This document shows, in pieces, positions 15,232-22,970 of a stretch of 32,000 bases of DNA; position 1 is the first letter of the stretch, and every line of letters begins with the position of its first letter. This DNA is from an uncultured archaeon. Its GTDB lineage: Archaea; Micrarchaeota; Micrarchaeia; Micrarchaeales; CABMGC01. Both the position numbers and the translations under genes were made by a program. The notes beneath the pieces are model-generated. The model saw only the letters and a program-made list of their open reading frames with translations, was not told where the DNA came from and did not search any database. The stretch spans positions 330,001 through 362,000 of the forward strand of contig OY969902.1 in NCBI GenBank assembly GCA_963704435.1. Direction: 5' to 3'.

Positions 15232-16233
15232 TCATGCTCCGCTGACGCTGGTGAATATCCCGCCTATCACCACGCTGACCACGAAGAACACCACTATCCC
15301 TATCACCAGGAACGCGGGCAGGTACCTGAGACCCTTCAGCACCGACCCCGTGGATATGGCGCTGACTATGAACGACCCGAAACCGGATATCAGCAGCACG
15401 GCTGCGATGGAGAAATCATAGTACTCGCTAGTGGTTATCTGCGGAGGGCTGGGCTTGAGGAAAGAGATGCCCTGCGTCGGAAGGCCTCCGGGGTTCTGCC
15501 TCAGTATCCCCGCCCATACCGAGTTGGTCATCGTGATCATCTGGGAGGTAAGCGCGTAGAGCACGGGCGTTCCTATTATCGTCGCGAACGCTATGAAGAT
15601 GGTGTACATGAAAAGCTGTCCTGATATCTCCTTGCCCACCATGGCCTGATTCCTCATGTCCTTCGAGAGCTGGTTCAGGAGGTCGGTCATGCCTCCGCCG
15701 TACTGTATGCCCTCGATCATGAGCCTGACCGTGTGCTGCAGCTGCACCGACCGGTAGGTCCTGGACAGGTTTATCAGCGCGCTCTGCAGGGTGGCGCCGG
15801 CGTACAGGTCCTTGTTCATCTCCTTGACGTCGTCGCTGAAATAGCCGAAGTCCGGCCTCGCGGCCAGCAGCATGGACTTGTCCAGGGCGACACCGCTCCT
15901 TACGTTGGCTGCGGTCAGCTGCAGGTAGTCCGGCAGCACCGTCTCCACGAAGTTCTTCCTCTGCTCTATCCGGAACTCAAGGATGGCGTATATGATGATC
16001 TCGTACGCCGCTGCCGCGATGAATGCGGCGAGCGCGGCAAGGCCGGCGTTGAGCTTCATGATCAGGACGAGAGCGAAAGGCATGGCTGCGAATATCCCCA
16101 GCCCGCCGATTATCGCGATCTGGAGGAACCGGTTGAGGTCCATCTTTATCCCGGAGAGCTTCAGCTCCCTGGACAGCACGGTACCCAGGCTCCTCGATAC
16201 GAGCTTCTCGAAATCTATCTTCATCCGATTCAC
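15232..16233 (-). CDS. Type II secretion system F-family (FlaJ/TadC-like) pilus platform membrane protein
   Basis: 333 aa polytopic protein. A cytoplasmic helical T2SS-F-like block (LPDYLQLTAANVRSGVALDKSMLLAARPDFGYFSDDVKEMNKDLYAGATLQSALINLS) is flanked by TM segments. The GTG at 16233 overlaps the upstream TGA; an alternative ATG is at 16224. Confidence 0.85.
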   Translation of the reverse strand: MNRMKIDFEKLVSRSLGTVLSRELKLSGIKMDLNRFLQIAIIGGLGIFAAMPFALVLIMKLNAGLAALAAFIAAAAYEIIIYAILEFRIEQRKNFVETVLPDYLQLTAANVRSGVALDKSMLLAARPDFGYFSDDVKEMNKDLYAGATLQSALINLSRTYRSVQLQHTVRLMIEGIQYGGGMTDLLNQLSKDMRNQAMVGKEISGQLFMYTIFIAFATIIGTPVLYALTSQMITMTNSVWAGILRQNPGGLPTQGISFLKPSPPQITTSEYYDFSIAAVLLISGFGSFIVSAISTGSVLKGLRYLPAFLVIGIVVFFVVSVVIGGIFTSVSGA

Positions 16234-17675
16234 ATCGCGAAAGTGGGCCTCGACGACCTCACTATGTTAAGGAATATTATCTGCAGGAAGGTTATGCCCA
16301 CGAGCACCATCAGGAGCGTCGATACGTTTATGGTGAACAGGTTGACGAAAGTCGTGAGTATCGCGGCTATCGCTATCCCCATGCTCGGGAATATGACTCC
16401 GAAGAGCATGTAGAACATGGCGAGCGCGTTGAGCCTCTGCCCGTAGCGCCTCATGTCTATGACCCTCTCCTGCGACGCCTCCTCCACCACGCCCTGGAGC
16501 GCGTCCACCACGTCGGCCCCTGCCTTGAGGCTGACGCTCGCCTGGAGCATCACCCTCTTGAACGTCTTGGACTTGCTCTTGCTGCTGACGTCGTCTATCG
16601 CCTGCTCTATCGGGGAACCGACCTGCACCAGCTCAACAACCTTCGCGAACTCCTTGCTCGCGGCGCCGTAGCCTGTGCTCACCGCGGCCATGGCGTTGAA
16701 CAGCGGCATCCCGGACCTCATGCTTATGACCATGTCCCTCGCTGCGAAGAGGATGTCGCGCTCTATCTCATTGCCGATTATGGTGCTCCGGTCGATAGGG
16801 TACCTTATGAACTTGTTGAAGAGCGCGGGATAGCTTGCTCCTCCAAGGAGCACTGCGAGCAGGATCGGCACGGCTGGCTCAAAGGGAAAGAACTGCAATA
16901 GCAACATGGCGACGGCCACTGTTATCACCGCGACGATGATCATGGTGTTTATGAACATCTTCTTGACGAAGGCGTACGGGGATTCCTTTATTCCCTGCGC
17001 CCTGAGTGCCGCCTCAAGGTCCTTGTGCTTCGCGGCGACGCTGGCGAAGTATATCTGGATGCTTCCGGGCCTCTTGTATCCGGGCTTCGCCGCGGGCCCC
17101 TGCGCTCCGGGAGCGGCCGGGCGGGCCTGCGCGGTAGCTGCCTGGGCCGCGGGCTTCCTTGCCGGGCCGAACGGCTCGAACTTCCTGACTGGCGCCGGCT
17201 CCGGCCGCGCGCTGAAGACCGGCTTCATCTCGGGCAAGGTGGTCTTCTTCGGACCGAAAAGCGAAAGCGGCTTCTTGGGAGGGGGCGCGGCGGCTGGCTT
17301 TGCCTCCGGGAGCGGCTTCATCTCCGGAAGCCGCGTCTTCTTTGGCCCGAAGAGGGAGAACGGCTTGCTCGGCGAAGGCGGAACGGCCGGCCTTGCGACC
17401 GGAATCGGCTTGGCCGCTGGCGGCTTGGGCTCCTTTGGCTTGAAAAGCGTGAACTTCTTTGGAGGAGACGCTGGCGCGGGTGCCTTCCAGATTGGCGCGG
17501 GCTTCGGCGGCGTTGCAGCCATCGGCGCACCTGCCTGCTTGCTCCCGAATATTGGCTTGGCCCTTACCTTGAAGAACCCGATCTTCTTCGGTTTGGTGAA
17601 TCCGACGACGTTACCCGTCCCCGCTTCGGTGCCCTTAGCGCTTTCCTTCCTCTTGAAAAGGACCATCGGAATCAA
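16230..17675 (-). CDS. T2SS-F-family (FlaJ/TadB-like) platform protein with long Pro/Ala/Lys-rich N-terminal extension
   Basis: The C-terminal half has TM segments plus a T2SS-F block (IERDILFAARDMVISMRSGMPLFNAMAAVSTGYGAASKEFAKVVELVQVGSPIEQAIDDV). The first roughly 205 aa are low complexity with repeated F-x-L-F-G-P-K-K motifs. Track start 17675 is TTG; ATG at 17666 (MVLFKRK...) is an alternative. Confidence 0.85.
   Translation of the reverse strand: MIPMVLFKRKESAKGTEAGTGNVVGFTKPKKIGFFKVRAKPIFGSKQAGAPMAATPPKPAPIWKAPAPASPPKKFTLFKPKEPKPPAAKPIPVARPAVPPSPSKPFSLFGPKKTRLPEMKPLPEAKPAAAPPPKKPLSLFGPKKTTLPEMKPVFSARPEPAPVRKFEPFGPARKPAAQAATAQARPAAPGAQGPAAKPGYKRPGSIQIYFASVAAKHKDLEAALRAQGIKESPYAFVKKMFINTMIIVAVITVAVAMLLLQFFPFEPAVPILLAVLLGGASYPALFNKFIRYPIDRSTIIGNEIERDILFAARDMVISMRSGMPLFNAMAAVSTGYGAASKEFAKVVELVQVGSPIEQAIDDVSSKSKSKTFKRVMLQASVSLKAGADVVDALQGVVEEASQERVIDMRRYGQRLNALAMFYMLFGVIFPSMGIAIAAILTTFVNLFTINVSTLLMVLVGITFLQIIFLNIVRSSRPTFAM
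17220..17366 (-). repeat. In-frame tandem duplication inside the platform-protein N-terminal extension
   Basis: KPFSLFGPKKTRLPEMKP and KPLSLFGPKKTTLPEMKP lie 31 aa apart. The DNA repeat is visible on the plus strand as ggcttcatctc.gg.a....gtcttctt.gg.ccgaa.ag.ga.a.cggctt occurring twice. Confidence 0.8.
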
Positions 17676-17694
17676 GCATTACTTAGTCGCAAAC

Positions 17695-17703
17695 ATTTTT
17701 ATA
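17695..17703 (-). promoter_or_regulatory. TATA-like box upstream of the platform-protein gene
   Basis: Reverse strand reads tataaaaat, about 24 nt upstream of the TTG at 17675 and about 33 nt upstream of the ATG at 17666, within the 43-nt gap after the preceding ORF. Confidence 0.3.
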
Positions 17704-17718
17704 GGCGCGTCGGCAATG

Positions 17719-18351
17719 TCAGCCGCGCTGCAGCGTCAGGCCCATGGCCGTCGCAATCTCGATGGCCTTTTGGTTCCTGAGCGCCACGAGTTCCTTCTGC
17801 TCATCACTCAGGCCCTTGGTGTCCTCCCTCATCGAGGCCGCGTAGAGCCACCGGATCTCATTGGCTATTATCCCGAGCTGCTTCTTGTCGAACGTCCCCT
17901 CGGCCATGCCCTGCTCTATGCTCTCCAGGTCGGACAGCTGGTCCTGCACGGACAGCTTCGGCATGACGAGCTTCCTTGCGGAGATCCCTGCCAGGTCGCC
18001 CTTGACCGATTCCCCGAGCTCCCTCCCTGCGCCGCCAACGACGCCGCTGAGCGCCCTCGCGGCGCCCTCCGCTTCATTCCCGAGGGACGGCTTCCTGACG
18101 GCCGGCGCCTGAGGTTCCGCGCGCTGCGCCGCTGCCTTCTGCGCCTGCGGCTGCTGGGCGGCAGCCTCCGCGGTCTTCGCCTCCACGCTCTCGAGCAGCG
18201 CGCTCACCTCCGAATACGCGACGGCCCTTATCTCCATCCCCTTCGAGAGCATCGCGTCTATGTCGATGGCGGCGGTCCCGGTGCCGCCCGCTGCCGCCTC
18301 CCCTATGAGCGCCGCCGCCTTCTCGTAATCGCTCGCATCGTCCGCGGTCAC
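17719..18351 (-). CDS. Hypothetical Ala/Glu/Gln-rich protein between the ATPase and platform genes
   Basis: 210 aa. The GTG start at 18351 overlaps the ATPase TGA (GTGA at 18351..18348). The N-terminal two thirds are low complexity. The C-terminal roughly 70 aa look helical (LSDLESIEQGMAEGTFDKKQLGIIANEIRWLYAASMRED...). No family recognised. Confidence 0.55.
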   Translation of the reverse strand: MTADDASDYEKAAALIGEAAAGGTGTAAIDIDAMLSKGMEIRAVAYSEVSALLESVEAKTAEAAAQQPQAQKAAAQRAEPQAPAVRKPSLGNEAEGAARALSGVVGGAGRELGESVKGDLAGISARKLVMPKLSVQDQLSDLESIEQGMAEGTFDKKQLGIIANEIRWLYAASMREDTKGLSDEQKELVALRNQKAIEIATAMGLTLQRG

Positions 18352-19874
18352 GCCAATCCCTTCTCGACCACGTCGCGCGAGTAGGCCACGTCCGCATCGA
18401 CGATCTTCATCACCTTGTCCCTGTCCTTGTAGTAGTTGGCGACGACGAACCCGGAGGAGTCGACGTCAAAGACGTTGTTCTTGACCATCCAGTTCATGAC
18501 CTTCCGCTTATCCTCCAGGCTCTGGTTAAGCTCCGCCCTGTTGAACCCGCCGTATAGCGTTATCATCTCGCTGAGCCTCGCGAGCTCGGAGATCTGGGAG
18601 AACGTGTCGTTGCGCATGTCCCACCTGTAGTTGATGCTGACGTCGCCGTTCCTCGACATCTCGCCGAACTCCAGCACCCTCCTTATGCCGAGCCTCCTGT
18701 GCCTGAACAGCGTGATTATCCCCCCGAAGGCGTTCATCATCAGCTTCGGGACCTCGATCGGCGGATTCGTCATCCTGATCACCGTGTCCTGCGCGTTGTC
18801 CGCGTGCACCGTCCCGTACACCGCGTGGCCCGTGTGTATCGCCTCGAACAGGGTCTCCGAGTCGTTCTTGGTCCTCACCTCTCCCACCAGCATGACGTCC
18901 GGCCTCTGCCTGAGCGCGTTTATCATGAGGTTGTAGAGCGTGACCTCGCCCTTGCCCTCGGGGTTTGGCTGCCTCGTCAGCATCGGGATCCAGTGCAGGA
19001 ACGCCGGAAGCGTGAGCTCGCGCGTCTCCTCGACCGAGATGACCCTGTGGTTCGCGGGTATGAATATGCTCATCGCATTCAGGAAGCTCGTCTTCCCGCT
19101 CGCCGTTCCCCCTGAGATGAGCAGGCTGATCTCGTTCTCAACGCAGAGCCAGACCAGCGCGGCGAGCTCCGATGATATGGTCTTGTTGGCCACCATCGCG
19201 GGCATCGTCCACGGGTTCTTCCCGAACTTCCTTATCGTTATCGTGTTGCCCTTCTGCGATATCGGATACAGGGTGGCGTTGACCCTCGATCCGTCGGGCA
19301 GCTCCGCGTCCATGAGCGGGGAGAGGTTGGACACCTGCCTGCCTATCCTCCTGCCTATGGCCTCCGCGTTGTCGTATATTATCGTCTCGTCGGCTATCGT
19401 TATGTTCGTCTTGCACCACCCGAACGTCTTGTGGTACACCCACACCGGCTCCTTCGACGTGTTGACCGCGATCTCCTCGAGGTTCTCGTCCGCGAGCGGG
19501 GCCTCCAGGTCGCCCAGGCCGAGCATGAAGTTTATTATGTAGGCTATGAGCACCCTCTTGGTGTCCTCCGACGACCCGGGCAGGTACCTCTCTATCACCA
19601 TCTCCGAGGTCTCCTCGTACCTCTTCGAGAGCGCGTCCACGTACTCCTTGTCCTCGATCTTCGACGGGTCTATGGGCACCATCGACAGGAGCTCCTGCCT
19701 GAGCGACACCAGCAGCACCTTCGTCGCGTCGCCGAGGCCCCTGGTGGTGACCTCATATATGGGCGTGAAGTCGCCCTTGTCGAGTATCCTGACCTTCACG
19801 TTGAGGCCGTGCGCGTCAAGCTCGTACGCTGCGTATTCCTTCTCCGCAACCCCTGGCTTCTGCGCGTCTGGCAT
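18348..19874 (-). CDS. FlaI/PilB/GspE-family type IV pilus (secretion) ATPase
   Basis: Walker A LISGGTASGKTSFLNAM, Walker B and His box RPDVMLVGEVRTKNDSETLFEAIHTGHAVYGTVHA, and an N-terminal FlaI-like domain (NLEEIAVNTSKEPVWVYHKTFGWCKTNI). Confidence 0.95.
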   Translation of the reverse strand: MPDAQKPGVAEKEYAAYELDAHGLNVKVRILDKGDFTPIYEVTTRGLGDATKVLLVSLRQELLSMVPIDPSKIEDKEYVDALSKRYEETSEMVIERYLPGSSEDTKRVLIAYIINFMLGLGDLEAPLADENLEEIAVNTSKEPVWVYHKTFGWCKTNITIADETIIYDNAEAIGRRIGRQVSNLSPLMDAELPDGSRVNATLYPISQKGNTITIRKFGKNPWTMPAMVANKTISSELAALVWLCVENEISLLISGGTASGKTSFLNAMSIFIPANHRVISVEETRELTLPAFLHWIPMLTRQPNPEGKGEVTLYNLMINALRQRPDVMLVGEVRTKNDSETLFEAIHTGHAVYGTVHADNAQDTVIRMTNPPIEVPKLMMNAFGGIITLFRHRRLGIRRVLEFGEMSRNGDVSINYRWDMRNDTFSQISELARLSEMITLYGGFNRAELNQSLEDKRKVMNWMVKNNVFDVDSSGFVVANYYKDRDKVMKIVDADVAYSRDVVEKGLA

Positions 19875-19878
19875 CCGA

Positions 19879-21081
19879 TCACTTAGCTATATCGTCCATG
19901 TCCTTTTTTATCTTTTCCAGGCCCGCGGTGGCTTCGCCCTCGCGCATCCCCGCTTCGCCCAGCTTCGACTCGACGTCCTCCAGCTCCTTCTCCCTCTTCC
20001 CCGCGTCGAGCCTGCCCAGCGCGTCTATCGCCTTCAGCTGGTCGGAGAGCTCGCTCAGCTGCTTGGAGAGCTCGTCGCGCTCCTTCTCGGCGCCGGCTAT
20101 GTCGGTCTTGACCTTGTCCAGCTTGTCCCCGAGCTCCGCGAACCCGCCGAAGCGGCCCTTCATGTCCGCGAGCACCGTCCTCAGCTCGGTTATCCTCTTG
20201 TTCGCCGCGGCGTAGGCGTTGCCGACCTCTCCGCTGGCTTTCGCTATGTCGTCGAGCATCTTCTCCCGCTCCCTTGACGCACGCCTCCTTATGGCCTCCG
20301 AGTCGCGCTCGTACGCCTTCGACTGGGTCGTCAGGTCCTCCACCTCCTTCTGGCGCTGGAACACGAGACGCTTCATCGACGCGTCCTCCTGCCTGAGCCC
20401 GTCGAGCGTCTCCGTGAAGCTCCTCCTGCTCGACGCGACGGCCTTGTCGAACTCCTTGTCGAGCTTTCCGATCGTCTCCTCCGCGTCGCTGATCCTCTCG
20501 CGCATGTCGGCGATCATGGCCCTCGCCTCCTCGTCGCCTCCCGTGCGCTTCGGCGCGGCGGCGCGCTGGTCGAGCGCAAGCATGCTCTTGTTCAGCGCGC
20601 CGACGATCCCGTCTATGTAGTCCTTCCTGTCCTTCAGCCTGCGGTACGCCGCCTCCAGCTGCGAATCCAGACGGTTTATGCTGTCGAGCGCGGTCTTTAT
20701 CTCTCCGGCCCTGCCCCGGTATGCCTCCTCGGCGCCGGCCTCGAAGCGCTTGAACTCGTCTATCTTCGCGGTTATCTGGTTTATTATGTTGACCTGCGCA
20801 GCGAGCTCGGTCTCCGCTATGTTCTTCTTGAGCTCGGCCGTCTTCTTCGCTTCCCCGACGCCTGCGCCCGCCTCGGCGCCGGAGACCAGGGAGACGTACA
20901 TCTTCCCGACTTTGTAGGTTATCTTGACGATCTTCGCCTTCTCCAGCGCGTCCGCCCAGGCCTCCACTATCCCGGGACCAACCCCGAGCGTGATTGCGAG
21001 CGCGGACGATTCCGTCTCGCCGTGCTCGTTAAGGTACTTGACCAGGTCGTCGATGCTGGTCGTTATGCGCTGGTCGGCCAT
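19879..21081 (-). CDS. Winged-helix-like N-domain plus roughly 320 aa coiled-coil protein
   Basis: The track ORF extends to 21258, but the Met at 21081 (MADQRITTSIDDLVKYLNEHGETESSALAITLGVGPGIVEAWADALEKAKIVKITYKVGKMYV) matches the start of the paralog upstream and has its own TATA-like box. The rest is heptad-like and rich in E/K/R/A/L (AELKKNIAETELAAQVNIINQITAKIDEFKRFE...). Its stop lies 4 nt before the ATPase start. Confidence 0.8.
   Translation of the reverse strand: MADQRITTSIDDLVKYLNEHGETESSALAITLGVGPGIVEAWADALEKAKIVKITYKVGKMYVSLVSGAEAGAGVGEAKKTAELKKNIAETELAAQVNIINQITAKIDEFKRFEAGAEEAYRGRAGEIKTALDSINRLDSQLEAAYRRLKDRKDYIDGIVGALNKSMLALDQRAAAPKRTGGDEEARAMIADMRERISDAEETIGKLDKEFDKAVASSRRSFTETLDGLRQEDASMKRLVFQRQKEVEDLTTQSKAYERDSEAIRRRASREREKMLDDIAKASGEVGNAYAAANKRITELRTVLADMKGRFGGFAELGDKLDKVKTDIAGAEKERDELSKQLSELSDQLKAIDALGRLDAGKREKELEDVESKLGEAGMREGEATAGLEKIKKDMDDIAK
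20996..21068. repeat. 73-nt perfect direct repeat, copy 1 (partner 21295..21367)
   Basis: gcgagcgcggacgattccgtctcgccgtgctcgttaaggtacttgaccaggtcgtcgatgctggtcgttatgc is identical in both copies, while the flanking homologous sequence is diverged. Confidence 0.9.
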
Positions 21082-21100
21082 GGGTACGCATAGGGTGTTG

Positions 21101-21110
21101 TTATTTAAAG
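21101..21110 (-). promoter_or_regulatory. TATA-like box upstream of the coiled-coil gene
   Basis: Reverse strand reads ctttaaataa, about 20-29 nt upstream of the ATG at 21081. Confidence 0.35.
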
Positions 21111-21170
21111 CCTTAACGCTTCTGTTCTGGGAAAAACAACGGTGGAGCTTCGCGCCCAGAACCTGCTGCC

Positions 21171-21386
21171 TCAGCCCTTGGCGACCGGCGCGAGGTACAT
21201 CCTTCCCCTCTTGTAGATTACCTTCGTCATCTTCGCCTTCTCCAGCGCTCCCGCCCACGCCTCTATTACCGCCTCGCTCACTCCGAGAGTGCCCGCGAGC
21301 GCGGACGATTCCGTCTCGCCGTGCTCGTTAAGGTACTTGACCAGGTCGTCGATGCTGGTCGTTATGCTCTGTTCGTCCGAGGACAT
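21171..21386 (-). CDS. Stand-alone winged-helix-like protein, paralog of the coiled-coil protein N-domain
   Basis: 71 aa: MSSDEQSITTSIDDLVKYLNEHGETESSALAGTLGVSEAVIEAWAGALEKAKMTKVIYKRGRMYLAPVAKG. It aligns residue for residue with the first roughly 70 aa of the downstream gene. Confidence 0.7.
   Translation of the reverse strand: MSSDEQSITTSIDDLVKYLNEHGETESSALAGTLGVSEAVIEAWAGALEKAKMTKVIYKRGRMYLAPVAKG
21295..21367. repeat. 73-nt perfect direct repeat, copy 2 (partner 20996..21068)
   Basis: Same 73-nt string as copy 1, offset by 299 nt. Confidence 0.9.
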
Positions 21387-21438
21387 AGGGTTGCATTTGC
21401 AGCTGAATGAATTTATGCCTTTCCGGTGCGCGCTGGTC

Positions 21439-22194
21439 TCAGCCCAGCGGAGCGGATGCGCCGACTCCGGACGCTATGAAATCGGCCATCTCCTCCCCTA
21501 TCGCAACCTCTGGGGAGATGACCCTCCTCGCACCCGCCCGCTCCATCTTGGATATGTCCTCCAGCCTTTTCACCCTGGAGATTATCCTTATCCGGGAATT
21601 TGCGCTGCGCGCGGCGAGCGTCACGAACGTGTTCTCTATGTCATTGTCGTCGAGAGCGAGCAGGACCGCCGCCTCCCCTATCCGCGCGCCCAGGAGCGAC
21701 TCCTGCTGGGTCGGGTCCGCATGCAGCGCCAGGAATCCGTCCTTGATGGCCTTCCTCACGCGCAGCCCGTCGTTGTCCACGAAGACGACTCCTATGCCCT
21801 GGGCCCTGACCTGCTTCGCGAGGTTTAGCCCTATGCCGTTTATCGGGGTTATTACCATGTGCTTTGACTCCACCCTTATCCTCTGCCTTGAGACCAGGTA
21901 CCTCAGGTCTATGCTGCCGAGCAGCTGGTAGAACAGCGTGGTGAATATGATCGTGAATGCGATATTGCCTATCGCTCCTATCGTTACGGCGGTGAGTATG
22001 AACGGGTTCTTCGCGTCGACGAGGCTGGCGCTCGGAGGAAACGTCGCGCCGACTACGTTGAACATGCTGAACAGCACCGCGGCGCCTATGCCGAAGTTGG
22101 CCGCGTAGACGAGCGCGACCGATGCCGCGAACACCACCACTATCACCGCTGCGGACAGCAGGTGTATCATCCGGAACCTGACCATGCTAAGCAC
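21439..22194 (-). CDS. Membrane protein with two or three TM segments and a C-terminal RCK/TrkA-N domain (channel-like, no GYG filter)
   Basis: The N-terminal hydrophobic segments are IHLLSAAVIVVVFAASVALVYAANF and ILTAVTIGAIGNIAFTIIFTTLFYQLL. The RCK-like domain is HMVITPINGIGLNLAKQVRAQGIGVVFVDNDG...ADPTQQESLLGARIGEAAVLLAL. GTG start at 22194, or ATG at 22185. Confidence 0.8.
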   Translation of the reverse strand: MLSMVRFRMIHLLSAAVIVVVFAASVALVYAANFGIGAAVLFSMFNVVGATFPPSASLVDAKNPFILTAVTIGAIGNIAFTIIFTTLFYQLLGSIDLRYLVSRQRIRVESKHMVITPINGIGLNLAKQVRAQGIGVVFVDNDGLRVRKAIKDGFLALHADPTQQESLLGARIGEAAVLLALDDNDIENTFVTLAARSANSRIRIISRVKRLEDISKMERAGARRVISPEVAIGEEMADFIASGVGASAPLG

Positions 22195-22963
22195 CGCACT
22201 CCCTGGCGAGGTACTCTCCCATCTCTAGCCCCGCGAGATGTTCGGGTATCACCGCTATGTCGACCCCTATCGTGTGGGCCTTCCTCCTGACGTGCTCGTC
22301 CTCGAGCCGGCACGCTATCTTCACACTGGCGTTGAGGTTCCGCACCGCGAGCGCGCCCATCACGTTGTCGGTGTCGTCATCGGACAGGAACGCGACCGCG
22401 CGTGCACGGCCCACCCCTGCGCGCTTCAGCACCTCAGGCTCAAGGAAGTCGCCAACGATGTTCGGAATCTTGTTGTCGCTCAGCTCTCCGCTCTTGCTCC
22501 TCTTCGCGACGATCACTATGTAACGCGTGCCCGCGGCCTTGAGCTTCTTGACCAGCGACTCGGTAATGCTGTTGTACTCCCCTATTATGATGTGGTCGGA
22601 GAGCGAGCGCGCCCTTATCTCATTCACGAACCCCTCCACGTTCGCGTACTGCAGGAAGTCGATGACCGCGGCGAGTATGAAGCTGACCACGAGTATCCTG
22701 CTGAGGTTGTCGACCAGCACGACCGCTATCACGGACAGGGTCCCGCCCAGGCTGAGAGCGTGCGTCCCGAACACGAACGCAGCGAGGTCCGTCGACGCCG
22801 CGACGTTCTGGACGTCGAAGAACGCCTCGAGCTCGAAGTAAGCCGACAGGTACGCGTCCTTGGTCAGGGACCAGAGGACGAGCAGCGAGACGAGTATCAC
22901 CACCAGCGTTATCACGAGGGTTATCGCCATGACGCTGAAAGTGTTGTCCCTCTCCTCCGGCAT
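22187..22963 (-). CDS. Membrane protein with TM segments and a C-terminal RCK/TrkA-N domain (channel-like, no GYG filter)
   Basis: TM segments FSVMAITLVITLVVILVSLLVLWSL and TLSVIAVVLVDNLSRILVVSFILAAVIDFL. The RCK-like domain is HIIIGEYNSITESLVKKLKAAGTRYIVIV...GDFLEPEVLKRAGVGRARAVAFLSDDD. Confidence 0.8.
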   Translation of the reverse strand: MPEERDNTFSVMAITLVITLVVILVSLLVLWSLTKDAYLSAYFELEAFFDVQNVAASTDLAAFVFGTHALSLGGTLSVIAVVLVDNLSRILVVSFILAAVIDFLQYANVEGFVNEIRARSLSDHIIIGEYNSITESLVKKLKAAGTRYIVIVAKRSKSGELSDNKIPNIVGDFLEPEVLKRAGVGRARAVAFLSDDDTDNVMGALAVRNLNASVKIACRLEDEHVRRKAHTIGVDIAVIPEHLAGLEMGEYLARECGA

Positions 22964-22970
22964 AGAAACA

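Noticed and set aside
16906-18384. 492 aa plus-strand ORF (and 17025..17780 +) antisense to the platform and orphan genes
   Set aside because: The translation is Gly/Ala/Leu/Arg low complexity mirroring the Pro/Ala/Lys-rich minus-strand gene. The minus-strand frames carry T2SS-F motifs and operon coupling.
19546-21331. Ser/Ala/Leu-rich plus-strand ORFs (19546..20277, 19898..20215, 20219..20620, 20678..20917, 20924..21331) opposite the coiled-coil gene
   Set aside because: The antisense of E/K/A/L-rich coiled-coil codons naturally stays open. None has a motif or a plausible start context.
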